Shown here: in pieces, positions 47,801 to 60,320 of the stretch | How positions within the stretch are numbered: the first letter of the stretch is position 1 | Layout: each line of letters opens with the position of its first letter | Source: Antedon mediterranea | Taxonomy: Eukaryota > Animalia > Echinodermata | Direction: 5' to 3' | DNA: 64,000 bases | NCBI RefSeq assembly: GCF_964355755.1 | Contig: NC_092675.1 | Span: 9,295,812-9,359,811, forward strand | The notes under the pieces: model-generated | Databases searched by the model: none | The model's input: only the letters and a program-made list of their open reading frames with translations | Told to the model about the DNA's origin: nothing | Program-made: the position numbers and the translations under genes

Positions 47801-50800
47801 TGCTTATTTAAAAATGGTCAATTTTGAACTTTAATGTGTTGTGTGTGTGTGTGTGTGTGACCTCAACCTGTAGGCATGCAACTGGATATCCTCTAGAGAC
47901 AACGTGACTTTACGGCGGTACATGAGAAAATTCTTCCCAGTCTGTTGATTCGCGTCAACCAATCAAAGGGCGAGAATCCAAAATCGTTCAACCGTGAGCC
48001 CTCATAGACTCTCTTTTCCCAGACGTTTTTTGCCTTGGGTCCAGCAGCTGGGACTATAAATTACGCCGTGGTTAGGATTCCGGCACCGGAACTCAACTGC
48101 CCAGCGTTAGGGAATCAGACACGCTATTGCGCATGCCCAGAGCGAGGTAATCGGGGCGACTCTATACTTATCAACAGCGATGGATCATTTCATAGCTGCG
48201 CCACACGGCGAACTAGCCTAGCCTAGATGCCTACTAATATGGGATCCACTAATCTAGGCTAGGGCTACCAGTTAGACGTGACCAGTGGGCCTATAGTATT
48301 TATTTTGTAATTAAAAAGTGGTTGCTTCATTCATATATAAACTTCATATCATTATGAATTATATAATTACATGACTAGTTTTATGATTTTTCATAACGCA
48401 TTATAGTTACTCTCTACATAACAACATGCAATCACAAGTTGATTTGTTGACGGCAGCCACCGCGTGAATGTGAAAAAACTGTTCGGGAAGTCAGGGTCGC
48501 AACGCTAAAAACAGCATTACGATTCTTAGATAGATACTGATACTTATTAATATAATTATTTTAACGCGTGGCGTAGTCGTATTTTAATTATTAATTCATG
48601 TATGGCATAGGCCAAGTTTCATCCATCGCTCTCTCGCTCGCGCAACGACTATCTAGGCTACAGTAAATCCCTATAACACTCCGACTCTCCGTGGTGTGTG
48701 GCACACTATAGTGCAAGCTATAATTCACTTCCCAGAGCTATGAGCATGCGCAATAGTGTGTCGGATTCCCTAACGGTGGGCAGTTGAGTTCCGGTGCCGG
48801 AATCCTAACCACGGCGTATAAATTATAGTTATAGAGTTTACAAAGTCGCAAAACTGTTGGCCTTAGAAAGATACTAATACTATAACTGCTGCTTGCTTTA
48901 ACTTTAATGAATAAGTAGTCCTCATTCATGGCACGTAGCTGGCTATAGCAGCAGCGTGAAAAAAATAAATTATTATTTTTAATAACAATAAATATGACTA
49001 TTTATTTAGTATTAGGCCTAGGGCCTAGCATCCGTTGCATGGGTATGGGTTGACCTGTATTCAGCTAGCTTAGGCTAGTCCCCCGCTAGGCCTAACACCA
49101 CTATAAGCTAGGGCCTAGCTAGGCCTACCACAGGCTAAAGGAGGCTAGGCCTAGGCTACTACTTATTGAGTACTAGGCTTAGGCCAGGTAGGCTAGGCCT
49201 ACTCTGGCCTATAATAGCTAGCCTACTACTAGGCCTAGCCTAGTAGGCCCTAGGCCTAGCTAGGCCTAGTAGGGAATTACGATCATCTCGGTCGCGTTTC
49301 ATTTCGGTCGCGTGTCAATTAAGGTCAATTTTCAACAATATCGATCGTGGTGTATGGCGCGTCAATTATGCATAAAGCATACGAAAATGGATGCTATTGT
49401 AGGATTGAGACTTAACTGTCCGATTTAACTCTCTTTCAGCACTCGGTACGTGTAGCAGTTCGAATTTATAAACCTGTTTGCATTTGTAACGATTTTTATC
49501 TATATTTTAAGGACACAACAAGTAGCTTACGAAGACGACTCCAATATGTTAATAATTATGAATGAGTAAAATGGGAACACCCAACTTTTATCGCAAAAAT
49601 CGTGAATTTATGTTTATTTATTTATTAATTTTTTTGTTTTGTTTTTATTCATTTCTTTTTTAAGGCTCGCCCAACACAATATATTTGTCTTCATCCTCCA
49701 GTCTGCCTCAAAGTCTGACCTCATATCATATTGTTATTGCATTGTACGTTATTATCTTTTATGCTTGTAAATAAATGTTACGAAACTAGTGTCAGCTTTT
49801 TAAATAATCTCCCGCTTTTTGGCTTCTAAAAGGCACCGCATGCATTTATACATCTTACTTCTAGGACGTCGACCTTGTATTCCAAAATGACAGTCTTTTC
49901 ACACGCGTTCAAGAATTCATCAATCTCTTCTTATCGTTGCGGCATGTTCTTTGATAGGCATATCAGTTACCGTTTATTACTGATACGTCATTCTTGAGAC
50001 GTTTTAGTGGGGACTCCACCCCCACTAAAACGTCTAAATAATACGTTATATAGGGGGTCTCTGTTTTCGAGTTTTTCTCGAAAATAGAGACCCCCTATAT
50101 AACGTATTATTGAGACGTTTTAGTGAGGGTCTCTGTTTTCGCGATTTTCTCGAAAACAGAGACCCTGGGTCTCTGGTCTCTGGTCTCGGTTTTCGAGGTC
50201 TCTGTTTTCGAGACACCCGTATCACAGCAGACTGAATCGAAAAGGACGACGTGGTAAGAAAATTACTTTTCAATTATAATATTATGTATTATGTTGTTAA
50301 CTTGCTCATGATAATTATAGTATATCGTTATTTTTGTTATTTCAGCAAAACTTCAACTCTACCTCTTAATCGGGCTGCTGCATGAAGAGAGTCAGAATGT
50401 TCACATCACAATGGAATTAGTTCATCGCGAAGATGTTGACCGGCTTCAGCGACAAGCTTACCGACGTGCAACTAGAACGCTCTTACGCCTCTGAGTATCG
50501 CGCAGGCCAACGATCAGAGAATCGCGCGTTATATCAAACGATGTTCGCGATTTGTAGATGAGATAGATGTAAATATTGCTAATAAATAAAAGATTAAATA
50601 AATAGATAAATTAAATAACGTCTGTAGATGTAAATAGAGGTAAACATTGTTAATAAATAAAATATTAAATACATAGATAAATTAACGTTTGTAGATGTAA
50701 ATAAAAAGGTTTCAATTTGAATGATGAATGTAAACATTTGTATATGCGTTTTTGTTTTAAAAATAAAAGGATTGAATTGAAAAACAGTGTGAAACGAGTT

Positions 50801-51408
50801 TGTTTTGCATTACATTAACGTATCTATGTTTTGTTTTTAAATATATGTAAATATTTGTGTATATGTTTTTGTTTTAAAAATAAAAAGATTGAATGATCAT
50901 TGACAAAAGTGTAAAGTGAGTTTGTATGTTATTTTTCCCGTCAGAAACAAATAGAATATTTACAAAATATAATGCTTATAAAAACATTTAAAAAAAAGTT
51001 AAACTAATATTAATAACATACTGTTTTTACAATATTTATTTAAATATAATGATTATTATATAAAATCATTTTTAAATAAACACCTATAGAGACTACACTT
51101 CGATCTTTAATTAGAGCTTACAGTGAACAGTACTGCATTGAGCAGCGTTCCATAGAAATCGCCGGAAGTTCGATTTACCGGAAGCGCGACCGAAATGAAA
51201 CGCGACCGAGATGATCCGATACCCTAGTAGGTAGGTAGGAGGCCCTAAACTAGTAAGTCTAACCTTTTTTAGCTTTTAGTTAGGCTATTAAAACCGTACT
51301 CGGATTACCCCACACGGATTCACCAAATGCCTAGTCACAATAAATAAATTAAAAGGTTCTCTACATTTTTAATCAAGTTATGATACCTACCCTTTGTTGT
51401 ACGTTCAT
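38801..51408 (-). CDS. GTF2F1: General transcription factor IIF subunit 1 (RAP74), 13 exons, ~532 aa
   Basis: Exons 51408-51391, 46587-46514, 45921-45849, 45338-45145, 44886-44716, 43748-43628, 43486-43390, 42774-42633, 42404-42238, 40245-40166, 39965-39827, 39503-39389, 39008-38801 (1599 nt, GT/AG). Motifs: EYVVRV, MKFNSGDRVDF, PKFGEGSEYGRERREEARKKKYG..DQPWIL, KEGGI..WYKFTP..EAEEEF, acidic middle, C-terminal winged helix ITEDVVRRYLMRKPMTTKDLL. Confidence 0.95.
40350..40484. mobile_element. Short MITE (family also at 45668-45797) whose right end runs into the 46-bp satellite
   Basis: AAGCTCTGTCTACACTAT left TIR shared with 45668. The right TIR GATAGTGTAG(AC) is the start of the satellite unit. 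Confidence 0.7.
40472..42001. repeat. Intronic minisatellite, 46-bp unit (GATAGTGTAGACTTGGTGACATCTAGGGTTATCTTTTAACTTCTTT), ~33 copies
   Basis: Near-identical head-to-tail units with no spacers. Confidence 0.97.
43106..43360 (+). mobile_element. tRNA-derived SINE copy
   Basis: GAGTGAGTGGCCGAGCGGTTAAGACAGTGGAACCGTAAT matches the 19639 copy. Confidence 0.85.
44330..44587 (-). mobile_element. tRNA-derived SINE copy (diverged)
   Basis: Reverse complement matches the 19639 copy (TACGGTTCCACTGTCTTA; TAGTACACCGGGGTAACCCC). Confidence 0.8.
45668..45797. mobile_element. Short MITE
   Basis: TIR AAGCTCTGTCTACACTATCA / TGATAGTATAGACAGAGCTT. Confidence 0.75.
48062..48818. mobile_element. Unclassified non-autonomous TIR element (~80-bp TIRs, 5-bp TSD TAAAT) in GTF2F1 intron 1
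   Basis: TACGCCGTGGTTAGGATTCCGGCACCGGAACTCAACTGCCC.. with its inverse ending at 48818; TAAAT on both sides. Confidence 0.85.
49272..51224. mobile_element. Non-autonomous TIR element in GTF2F1 intron 1 with nested MITE remnant (50050-50218)
   Basis: GGG..GATCATCTCGGTCGCGTTTCATTTCGGTCGCG / CGCGACCGAAATGAAACGCGACCGAGATGATC..CCC, flanked by TAGTA. Confidence 0.75.
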
Positions 51409-51477
51409 CTTGTTGTTGCTTTTGGTCGGATTTCGCACCAACCTCTCTCTGCCTCCGTCGTGGTTCGTCCGTCTCGG

Positions 51478-52313
51478 CAAAGAATATATATCACAAGAAT
51501 GAGTATTCCGCGATTTTTGCATGAGAAATTTGTAACAGAGAGCTCCAGTGAGTGATGCCCGCCCTCATAAGGGCGGATGTATACATACTAAATAAGACTT
51601 GATTTAATAGATATTATACATGTCACATTAAATAGAATTATGAAGATAGTTTTTGCAATTGTAAACTATTTTATAATACATATTTATTAACAACCTAGTG
51701 TTTATTCACTTTTACAGACAATTATTTACTAACATGCTAAGTTAGTTCACAAAAAAGGCCTAACACAGCAACACCAAAAATCAACGAATATTACTCAGCA
51801 CGGCCTATTCTTTACCATTGCCGTGTACTACTGTACGCCCGGTAAATTAAGTATTGTTTTTATGATATAAATTAGTATAAAACACATGTTATTAATAGGA
51901 GAAAATGTTACATGTCATTAACATTTATTTGTTTTACCAGAAACAAGTTAAATATAGGAATATTATTAAACTATCCTTCGTGAAAACGCGTAAACAGCAA
52001 CACGCCCGGTCACGCTATCGTAGCGCCCGGTTGATAAAGCATACTGTTTATACGGCAGTTTTTACTAAATAAATTGCATAAAACGAACAATTAAATATCC
52101 AAATAGTATTTAACATGATGTTGGCATGTAGTTGATAACATTTTTTATCATGAAAATACTACCGGTGGTCCAGCCTTTGATTAGTGAAACCGTCACAAAA
52201 AGTTGTATACATCCCAGATACATCCACACTTATGGCGGCGCCCTACCACATGGACAATATTACTGTTACAGTGAAAATCGCGGATTACTCATTCTTGTGA
52301 TATATATTCTTTG
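51478..52313. mobile_element. P-element-like MITE (CAAAG termini, 7-bp TSD GTCTCGG)
   Basis: TIR CAAAGAATATATATCACAAGAATGAGTA; GTCTCGG at 51471-77 and 52314-20. Confidence 0.85.
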
Positions 52314-52318
52314 GTCTC

Positions 52319-53158
52319 GGTGACTACTTCTTCGCATGCAGCTAAAGTAAAATGACGTCACGTTAAAGTGTGTCGTCACAGAGTCTCATGCATATTAATG
52401 AAGCAAACTTGCTGAGAGTGTTTTCCACCACACCCACACACGCGACGCGAGATTTATCGAAACTCCCGAGCCCATCATCGACTGACGATCATGTTTTTGA
52501 CAATTAAAATCAGTATGGCATATACAACAAAATATAATTGTTTTCACTGCTGAGGATAATAAATAATATATTGAATTTTAACGCCTAGATACTTCCAGTG
52601 CGAATACAAAATAATAATAATGTACAGTATTATTAGTATGTATTTTCAAATGCTGCAAGACATGAGACCCGAAATAGGCTAGGCCTAGGTGGCAGCGCAC
52701 GTGCATACCTAGCTAGAGCTAGGGTGGGTGGGAAGTGTAGCTAGTATGCTGGGTTAGAAGTGTACATCTCTGCACGATGCCTCGCGGAACGATGAATGAG
52801 GATATGGAGGCCTGATATTAGTGATAGTAGTGGGTACTACTCTAAACTGTATTTTACGTTAGTTAAGCCGCTAGGGTAGTGAGGAGGTAGTACTAGTACT
52901 AGTATCATAGAAAGTCTTTCTAGCCTAGGCCTAGCTAGGCATCTAATAAGCCAAATGGGTCAAATAAAAAACTATATTTAATCCGCTTCTTTGTTATCAG
53001 GAACAATATCGGAATTATTGAAAACATTTTGTAAAATCATCATCGCGCAATCAAGAAGCAGAGAGAAAACATTTCTTTTGCATATGCATGAGACTCTGTG
53101 ACGACACGCTTTAACGTGACGTCATTTTACTTTAGCTGCATGCGAAGAAGTAGTCACC
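52319..53158. mobile_element. Mutator-like MITE (~75-bp TIRs, 9-bp TSD GTCCGTCTC)
   Basis: TIR GGTGACTACTTCTTCGCATGCAGCTAAAGTAAAATGACGTCACGTTAAAG. TSD at 51467-75 (displaced by the P-like MITE) and 53159-67. Confidence 0.85.
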
Positions 53159-54761
53159 GTCCGTCTCGTCTCGTCTCTGTTCTGATTCTGCTATGATAGG
53201 TACAACGCGTTAAGCGGCGTTATTGCCATATTATTTTGCGTTGTATTATGGCGGTTGAACGCATTCAAGCTTACTTTACTGTTTTTTGTAGATTAATATT
53301 CCAACACAAATTGACAAATTCAATTCCCATGATTAATAATTAAAATCAATCAATCAATCAATGAGATATTAAAAAAAAAAGACAAGAAAATATAATGGTT
53401 AAGAAAATACCTAAAGATAATACGGAAGAATCATGTTGTCCGCGTCGTCGATTGTTTTTTTATTTGCGCGTGTTGTACAAATTCCGCGCGAAATTAAAAT
53501 AGAAAGTAGGCTAGCTAATGCTAGGGCGCTCTCAATGAAGTTTGCAAACAAGTCCAGTCAAGTTTAAAGTTTGCCTGGGCCTTCAGAATTATATATATAT
53601 AGGTAGTAGGAGTATGCTAGCTAGTCCCTTTTTAGGCAAATAAATAATCTCTTCATTTGTCCGAGCTCATCTGCATAACATTGGTATTGACTATTGTAAG
53701 TTGGATTAATTTATATTATTCGAATAGGCCTAAGACTAGTCTGTCTTTTTAATTAAGACACCGTAGCTAAGGCCTAGCTAGCTAGCTAGGACTAGCCTAG
53801 GGCCTAGCCTAGGCTAGGCCTATGGCTATATAGGCCTAGGCCTATTTATTACTATAGTTTTAGTAATAGTAGTCTAGGTCTAGCCTAGGCCTGAGACTGA
53901 GAGACTAGGCTAGGCCTATATATATAATATAGGCCTATGGCCTAGGCCCTATTCTATAGGCAGGCCTACTATGGCCTAGATAGAGTAGTAAGTAGCCTAC
54001 TACAGTAGTAAACTATACTCTAGGCCTACTAATAGGAGATAGTGTAATAATAGTAACTATATAGTATTACTATTAGCCTAGTAGGCTGGAGTAGTAGTAG
54101 GCCTAGGCCTACTAGGCCTAGTAGTACTATCTACCTTCTTCTTACCTTAGATTAGTTAGGCCTAGCTAGTAGTAGCTAAGCCTTGCTTGGAATAGTTGGT
54201 CCGTTACAGACTTATTTTTCACATTTTTAACCGAAAAATGTTATCGCAAAAGGACCATATAGTATTTGTGACCTTAAATTGGTTCTAAAAAACATAGGGA
54301 ATGGGACTTGAAACTTTGTATGAGTTTATGTAAGTAAGTGTGCATGCATGAGCGATCAATTGTGTTCCAATGTCGTTACCCTATACACGGCGGTCAAATA
54401 AATCCTTTAAATTGATTACAGACATTCTTCTTCCTGTTTGTAAATTTCGTATAGTCCATGTTCATATTTTAAATTCTATGTTTTTTCACCTGTCACCTGT
54501 CGGTGTCCTCCACCCGAAGCAGATTGGCTGTCATGAATTTCCATTCTTTCCTCAACTGCGCCTTTCTCACACACTCATTTTTGTCCATTCCTTATGTTGG
54601 TTGTCCTAGTTGATTTTATGTTTTTTAATTTTGATTAATTAAATAAAATTAACAAAGGTGTATTTTTTTAAAGTTTAATAAAGCCAACCAGTGAATGGAC
54701 CGAAGTAGCCTAATTCAAGTTTGATCGAAAGTGAACAAGTCTGATAAGCAGTTCGTTTATT

Positions 54762-56619
54762 ATGTCTAATCGCTTGAATAACCACTTGACTACAAATCAC
54801 CTAACATCAGCCTATTATCAAGATGTAAACATAGAATATCAGCAACCATTAATTGAAAATGGATCTATGCCTCTTTATGGACATGAAATGTTTCCACAAT
54901 TCATCAGTTATCCATGCCCTATTGAGAAACAAGTGGAATTTCAGCAGCAAATCCACTCTAGGTCTTTTCCTTTTCAAGGAAACTTTGCACAACCTCAGAT
55001 TTCAGAAGCCAACTCTAACATGGAACCAAGTAGGGAATTTGAAAATGCACCTTACCCAACACAGATTAGTAGATCATGCTTTCACACTAATTATAAAGGA
55101 GATACTACTACTTTCCCATTAAATTATGAAATACAACAGAGTTCTGCAGAATATGAGCCTGGAGGATATGTTACTGATGAGAGATATCTTGGCCATTACC
55201 GTGATTCAATTACACAGGGATATTCACAAGTTGAAAATGGAGAAAAAACTGCAGTGCATGATTGGCAGTTCAATACAGGAGTTAATCAGTATTATGCTTC
55301 AGAAACGGATGGTTTACTTATGTGCAAGAAGCCACCACTAGGATATGGATATATGACATTACCTTCATACACCAATTCTAGTTACATACCAATGAACAGC
55401 TATAGTAACCAAACCAATATAATGAGTTCTTTTGAAAAACAGAAACCTACAATAATGCTTGATCCAAACAAACAAAAGATTCGTAACTGGTTGGTGTCTG
55501 AAGAGTCTACTTTCTATGTTAGGGGAAGTTTATTCCAGATTGAACCAAATAAAACTAGTGTGGAAAACTCAACAGATATTCCTGGAGTTACTTCTGTCTT
55601 TTCCATCCAAGAAAAATACAGATTAGATGCTGGTATGGGTCAGCTGAATCAGAATGCACATGATCTTAGTAATACACTGATTGAGCAAGAGCCTCATGGA
55701 GTAACAGACACTGATATAAATGATACACTGCCTGCAAATGCGTCTTGTGAAGAAACCAAAATTGCTTTAGAAATTCTTCATCAAAAGCTGATAAAAAAAC
55801 TTCAAGATGTTGGGTCAACAGAACCAGATGAAAGCAAAAATGAAAAGTCAACAGGTTGGTTGATATTATGTGAATAAATGTTTGGTTAATCATGAGATTT
55901 TAATTTAATCTTTTTCTTTAATGTTTTTTTTTGTAAGGACAGATTTTTTCATTTGCACATTTTTTCAGTACACAGTGTTGTGAAGTCTAAGTGCACTGCT
56001 TTTCCAGTAAGTTATAGAAATTTCTAAATTGTTATGCATAGATAAACAACTTTGTGAGTTCTTTTGTTTTACAGAAGATGCTGCATTCAAGAACAGGTCA
56101 TCAACATCACTACTCTCCAAGCGACATAAAGAACTGAAACGCCTTTGCTGGATACGCAAACTTAAGATTACTGGTAGTAAGCAATCTCTTGTCGACCGAC
56201 TATTGGACACAACACTTTCATCACTAAGTAATGATCACATACGGTTAAAAACAATACACGCGCATCTGAGACGACTGATCCCTTCTACTACCTCTTGCCT
56301 TAGCAGGTGTCTTTGCTCTGCCATTGAGAAAGGTTTTCTGAGTTTGATGGACATTTCATTGGCAGATGTCATCGCTAAGGGAGAATGTCCATATTGTGGA
56401 ACATACATGGAAGCAACTCTTGGAGTAGTCGTGTATCAACCAGACAATGCTTCCAAAATTGATACGGTATCTGATCTTTTAAAGTGTCCAAGCTGTAGAG
56501 ACAATGTGTATGTGACACGGATGTGTCGCGGAGTTCCAGTGTTTGTCCAGGCAGAAAGGCATCGGCATTATATGCAGAGAAGTATGTTTGGTAGTTGTGC
56601 AGTTAGAATCACCTACTAG
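54762..56619 (+). CDS. Uncharacterised protein with low-complexity N-terminus, SAP domain and Cys-rich C-terminus, 2 coding exons, ~545 aa
   Basis: Exons 54762-55854 (ACAG|GTTGG) and 56075-56619 (TTTACAG|AAGAT) join in frame. SAP-like KELKRLCWIRKLKITGSKQSLVDRL, then CPYC, CPSC and YVTRMCRG. Confidence 0.75.
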
Positions 56620-57728
56620 TCCCTACTTTTTTTCACCAAGTCCTCCAGCTCCTACTCTATATGTTTCGCAGGTTTCCAGTGTTTGTCCAGGCAGAAAGTC
56701 ATCAGCATTACCTGTATATGCAAATAAATATGTTTGGCAGTCCTTTTCAAACTGATTTTTATTTATATAAATCACTGCTGTACATATACAATTAACCAAC
56801 ACATTAACCATAGCCACTGTCTATCTAAATATGCATTCTATTGTGTAAAATAGTTTATAGTATATTATTTTATATTTATTAATGGTGTGATTTTGTATTG
56901 ATGCAGCATAACTTTTAACAAATGTAAAATAAAAATTAGTGTTGAATCAATCTATTCTTAACTTACTCACAGTATTTTTATAGTGATTGAAATACGAACA
57001 AATAGACAGAAATTTAACTTTGAAGAAAAAATAAATATGAATGATACATGTTTTGATTTACATTACAAACAATTGAAATTAAAAAGGTTAGTTTTAGAGT
57101 TTAACGTTTTCAATATTGTTTTAGTTTATTTAAAAGAATAAATAATGCATTTATTTTACTTTATAATTTGGAAAATCAAAAAATGTTACCTTGTTGTTGA
57201 AATGTTACTATTAAATAGTGTTAAAATTGTATCCAACATTCTATGTATGGTACAATTTTGTTATCAATTCGTTATACACTTGTTGTTTTGATATATCATG
57301 TTTTACTGTACACACGGACTTACACATTGATATTTGATGCGTTTATGTTTTACCTTTTACTTATAAATCATAGTTCATATTTATTTTTAAAAAACAAATG
57401 ATGTTGAAAATAAAGATATATAGACTTTTTGCACTATAGTACTTAAATCAATTGAAATAATTGTTTTGTTGCCATTTTACCATTTTAGTTTTAACTATAA
57501 ACAATAGAGCAGTATGCACACTTTATTTGATTGTATTTCAATTATGTTACTGTTTATTTGTCAATATTTAATAAAAAATATTGAGAACAAGTTATAGCAT
57601 AATATTTGTTGTTTTATTGATAATTTTCAGATATAATTTCTTTAGAATTTCAATCTTTCACATCAGCATGTGTCTTGTATATTTTGTTGTGTACAGGGGC
57701 GGATCCAGACAAGCAGTGTTAAAATTAA

Positions 57729-58007
57729 AGGTGTATTGTCATCCAAAAACATGGAAAATGAAGATTAATACAAAAAAAGACTTTGAATAGGCAATTTTGC
57801 AGTTTTAATAAACACTTCAGTAAGAAAAAAACTTATAAAAAGACAAAATAGATGGTCAAGCAGAAACCCATTGACTTCCAGCCATTCTGACTATTTTTTG
57901 CTTAAATGACATTTTTTTTTAAATCCAATTTTTGATCAAAGTGAATAAATAGTGACATTAAAATTGCATACTCAACAAAAATATTTGTTCAGGAGGACAA
58001 TACATTT
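57729..58007. mobile_element. Kolobok-like MITE (TTAA TSD), nested in an older element with CAGGGGCGGATCCAG-type ends (~57693-58117)
   Basis: TTAA|AGGTGTATTGTC ... GACAATACATTT|TTAA; the ends match those of 34536-37121. Confidence 0.7.
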
Positions 58008-60320
58008 TTAAACTTAGTAGTCTGTAAAAAATGGATATCAAGTATAGTAATACATTTTATTTTAGCTATCATTTAATTTAGCATGCAACCCTTGAGGTAC
58101 CACCTGGATCCACCTTTGTTAATTAAAAAAAAATATTTCTTTAATGTCTGAAGTTTAGTAAAGTGAGTAAACTCAAATTATGTGAGTCATGGACAACATT
58201 CATAACAATCAAATTAGATTTTGCGCAACAACTTTTAACATCCTGTTTCATTTTATTCAACTCATCATCATTACATAGTATGTACAATATGTATATTATT
58301 TATTTATATATTATATCTGCCCTTTCAAAATCATTTTATAGATAAACAATATTAGACAACTTGTTAATACTATTTTGTATACACAATAAATAACTTGTCA
58401 AGAAATTTTTATTACAAATTTTAGTAGAACCACTCCCATGTTAACAGTTTCTGCTACAGCAGAAACAAGAAAGGAAGCAAAATATATTATACAGTAAGAT
58501 CAATTAGAATTTAGATTCTTTTTCTAGTTATATTTACAACGTGTAATATAGTTCAATATTTAGCTTTTGAGACATAATACAAAATGAAAAAATAGGTTTT
58601 GAAAGATTAACAGATATATTTTACGAGATTATTATTATTAGTTCTATAACACACCTACTGTTCCAAAGTAAACTTGTATTCAATTAATCAGTTGTCATCA
58701 ATCAATGTTAAAGGAGGGAGGCTAAGCAATTAAAGAGGCTGGCTGCATAGTGAAGCAGTTACAGATGGTATGCGCTACATGTTGGCTTTTCGAATATGCA
58801 CACAGTCACTAGCCTTTTACATGGCACAAACAGTTTTACAAAATTCTCCTGTAAATAGAACCATTCAATAGAACATTTACCGTGCAAATAGAAGCAATAC
58901 TGAACGGCATGTGATATGAATTAACCAATCAAATGATACACTTTGGTTCGTACAGGTTATTGGTTTACATGGCAACAAGATCTTTTATACACACATGTTA
59001 AAACTGTATTACTTAAACATTGCATTTACATTGATGACAAACATTATACGACAAAGTTAGAACAGACATATGAATTTAGATAGATACTGTATTTAGATTT
59101 ATCACACTAAAAAAATGTCACTATATTTTGCAAATTCAAAAATGCTATTTCTAATGAAGAGGACTGCGTTTCAGAAAAATAAGTTATTATGAAATATTTT
59201 TATTCATTATTTAAAAAAATATATTGTAACAGTCATGCACAGTGGACATATTAAAATATATTTTTCCAAATAAAGGTTTTTGACCTCAGAATCACTTTGT
59301 GCTATTTAGGGTCAATCCGGGTCATCGGTAGTCTAATCCAATTGAAAAAAACCTTTGTTAGACTTTAAAAAAAGAGGCAAGTAAGGATTATTGCTCACAT
59401 GGCAGAAGAATCTTTTATACACATAATATGTTAATTTTACACAATTACCTTTACAATATTCTATGCAAGTTAAAAAAATCACTGACTAAAGAATACATTA
59501 AGCCAAGTTGAGGCATCATTTCAGAGTGTCCATATCTTTTGAAATGAGTTGAATACATTTTACGACAACTTACCAAATACCAAATGATAATTTCAAATAA
59601 CATTCGGTTGAACAAAAATAAATGTTGAAACACGGGCGTCAACGCCACCGGAATGGCACCACCATTGTGATGAACCACAGTGATGAAAAAAAAAACACCA
59701 CACTTCCACTATAAAATTTATTCTTATTATAGGACTTCATTTTGAAAAAAAAAAAAAAATGTTGCACTGACAATCAATTATGTAATTAATTATACTTTGA
59801 CGTGAAGAATGAATACAGAAAAACAACTATACTAATGAAAGTTGCCAATAAAAAATTACATTTCAAAATAGAATAACAATAATTAATGAATAAATGAATA
59901 AATTATATTGCATTTTTAATAATTAAATCTGTAATTTGTGGTTCAGTAAGTATATATTGCTAAACTGTTTAATTATTGATGAATACAGTACTTTGAAATA
60001 TAAATATTATATGAGCCTATCTGTCTATTTCCAGGAAAACATTTAAAATATATATTTATATATAAATTCTTATTAATACTTATTATTTTTAAGGCATATG
60101 AATTCACTACCAAACCATTCACAAGACAAACATATACGATGCTCCAAATAATAAGCTATAAGTTATTGAGAGTAGAGTTGCTGGAAAAAATATCCGATAA
60201 TATTAGAGAAAATTTAAACTGCCATCTATAAAAATGAAATAATTGAAAAAAGAATCAGAACAGAGGTTTAAATAGAAATATTTTGAAGTTACTTATCCAG
60301 GTATCATCAGACGAACATTA

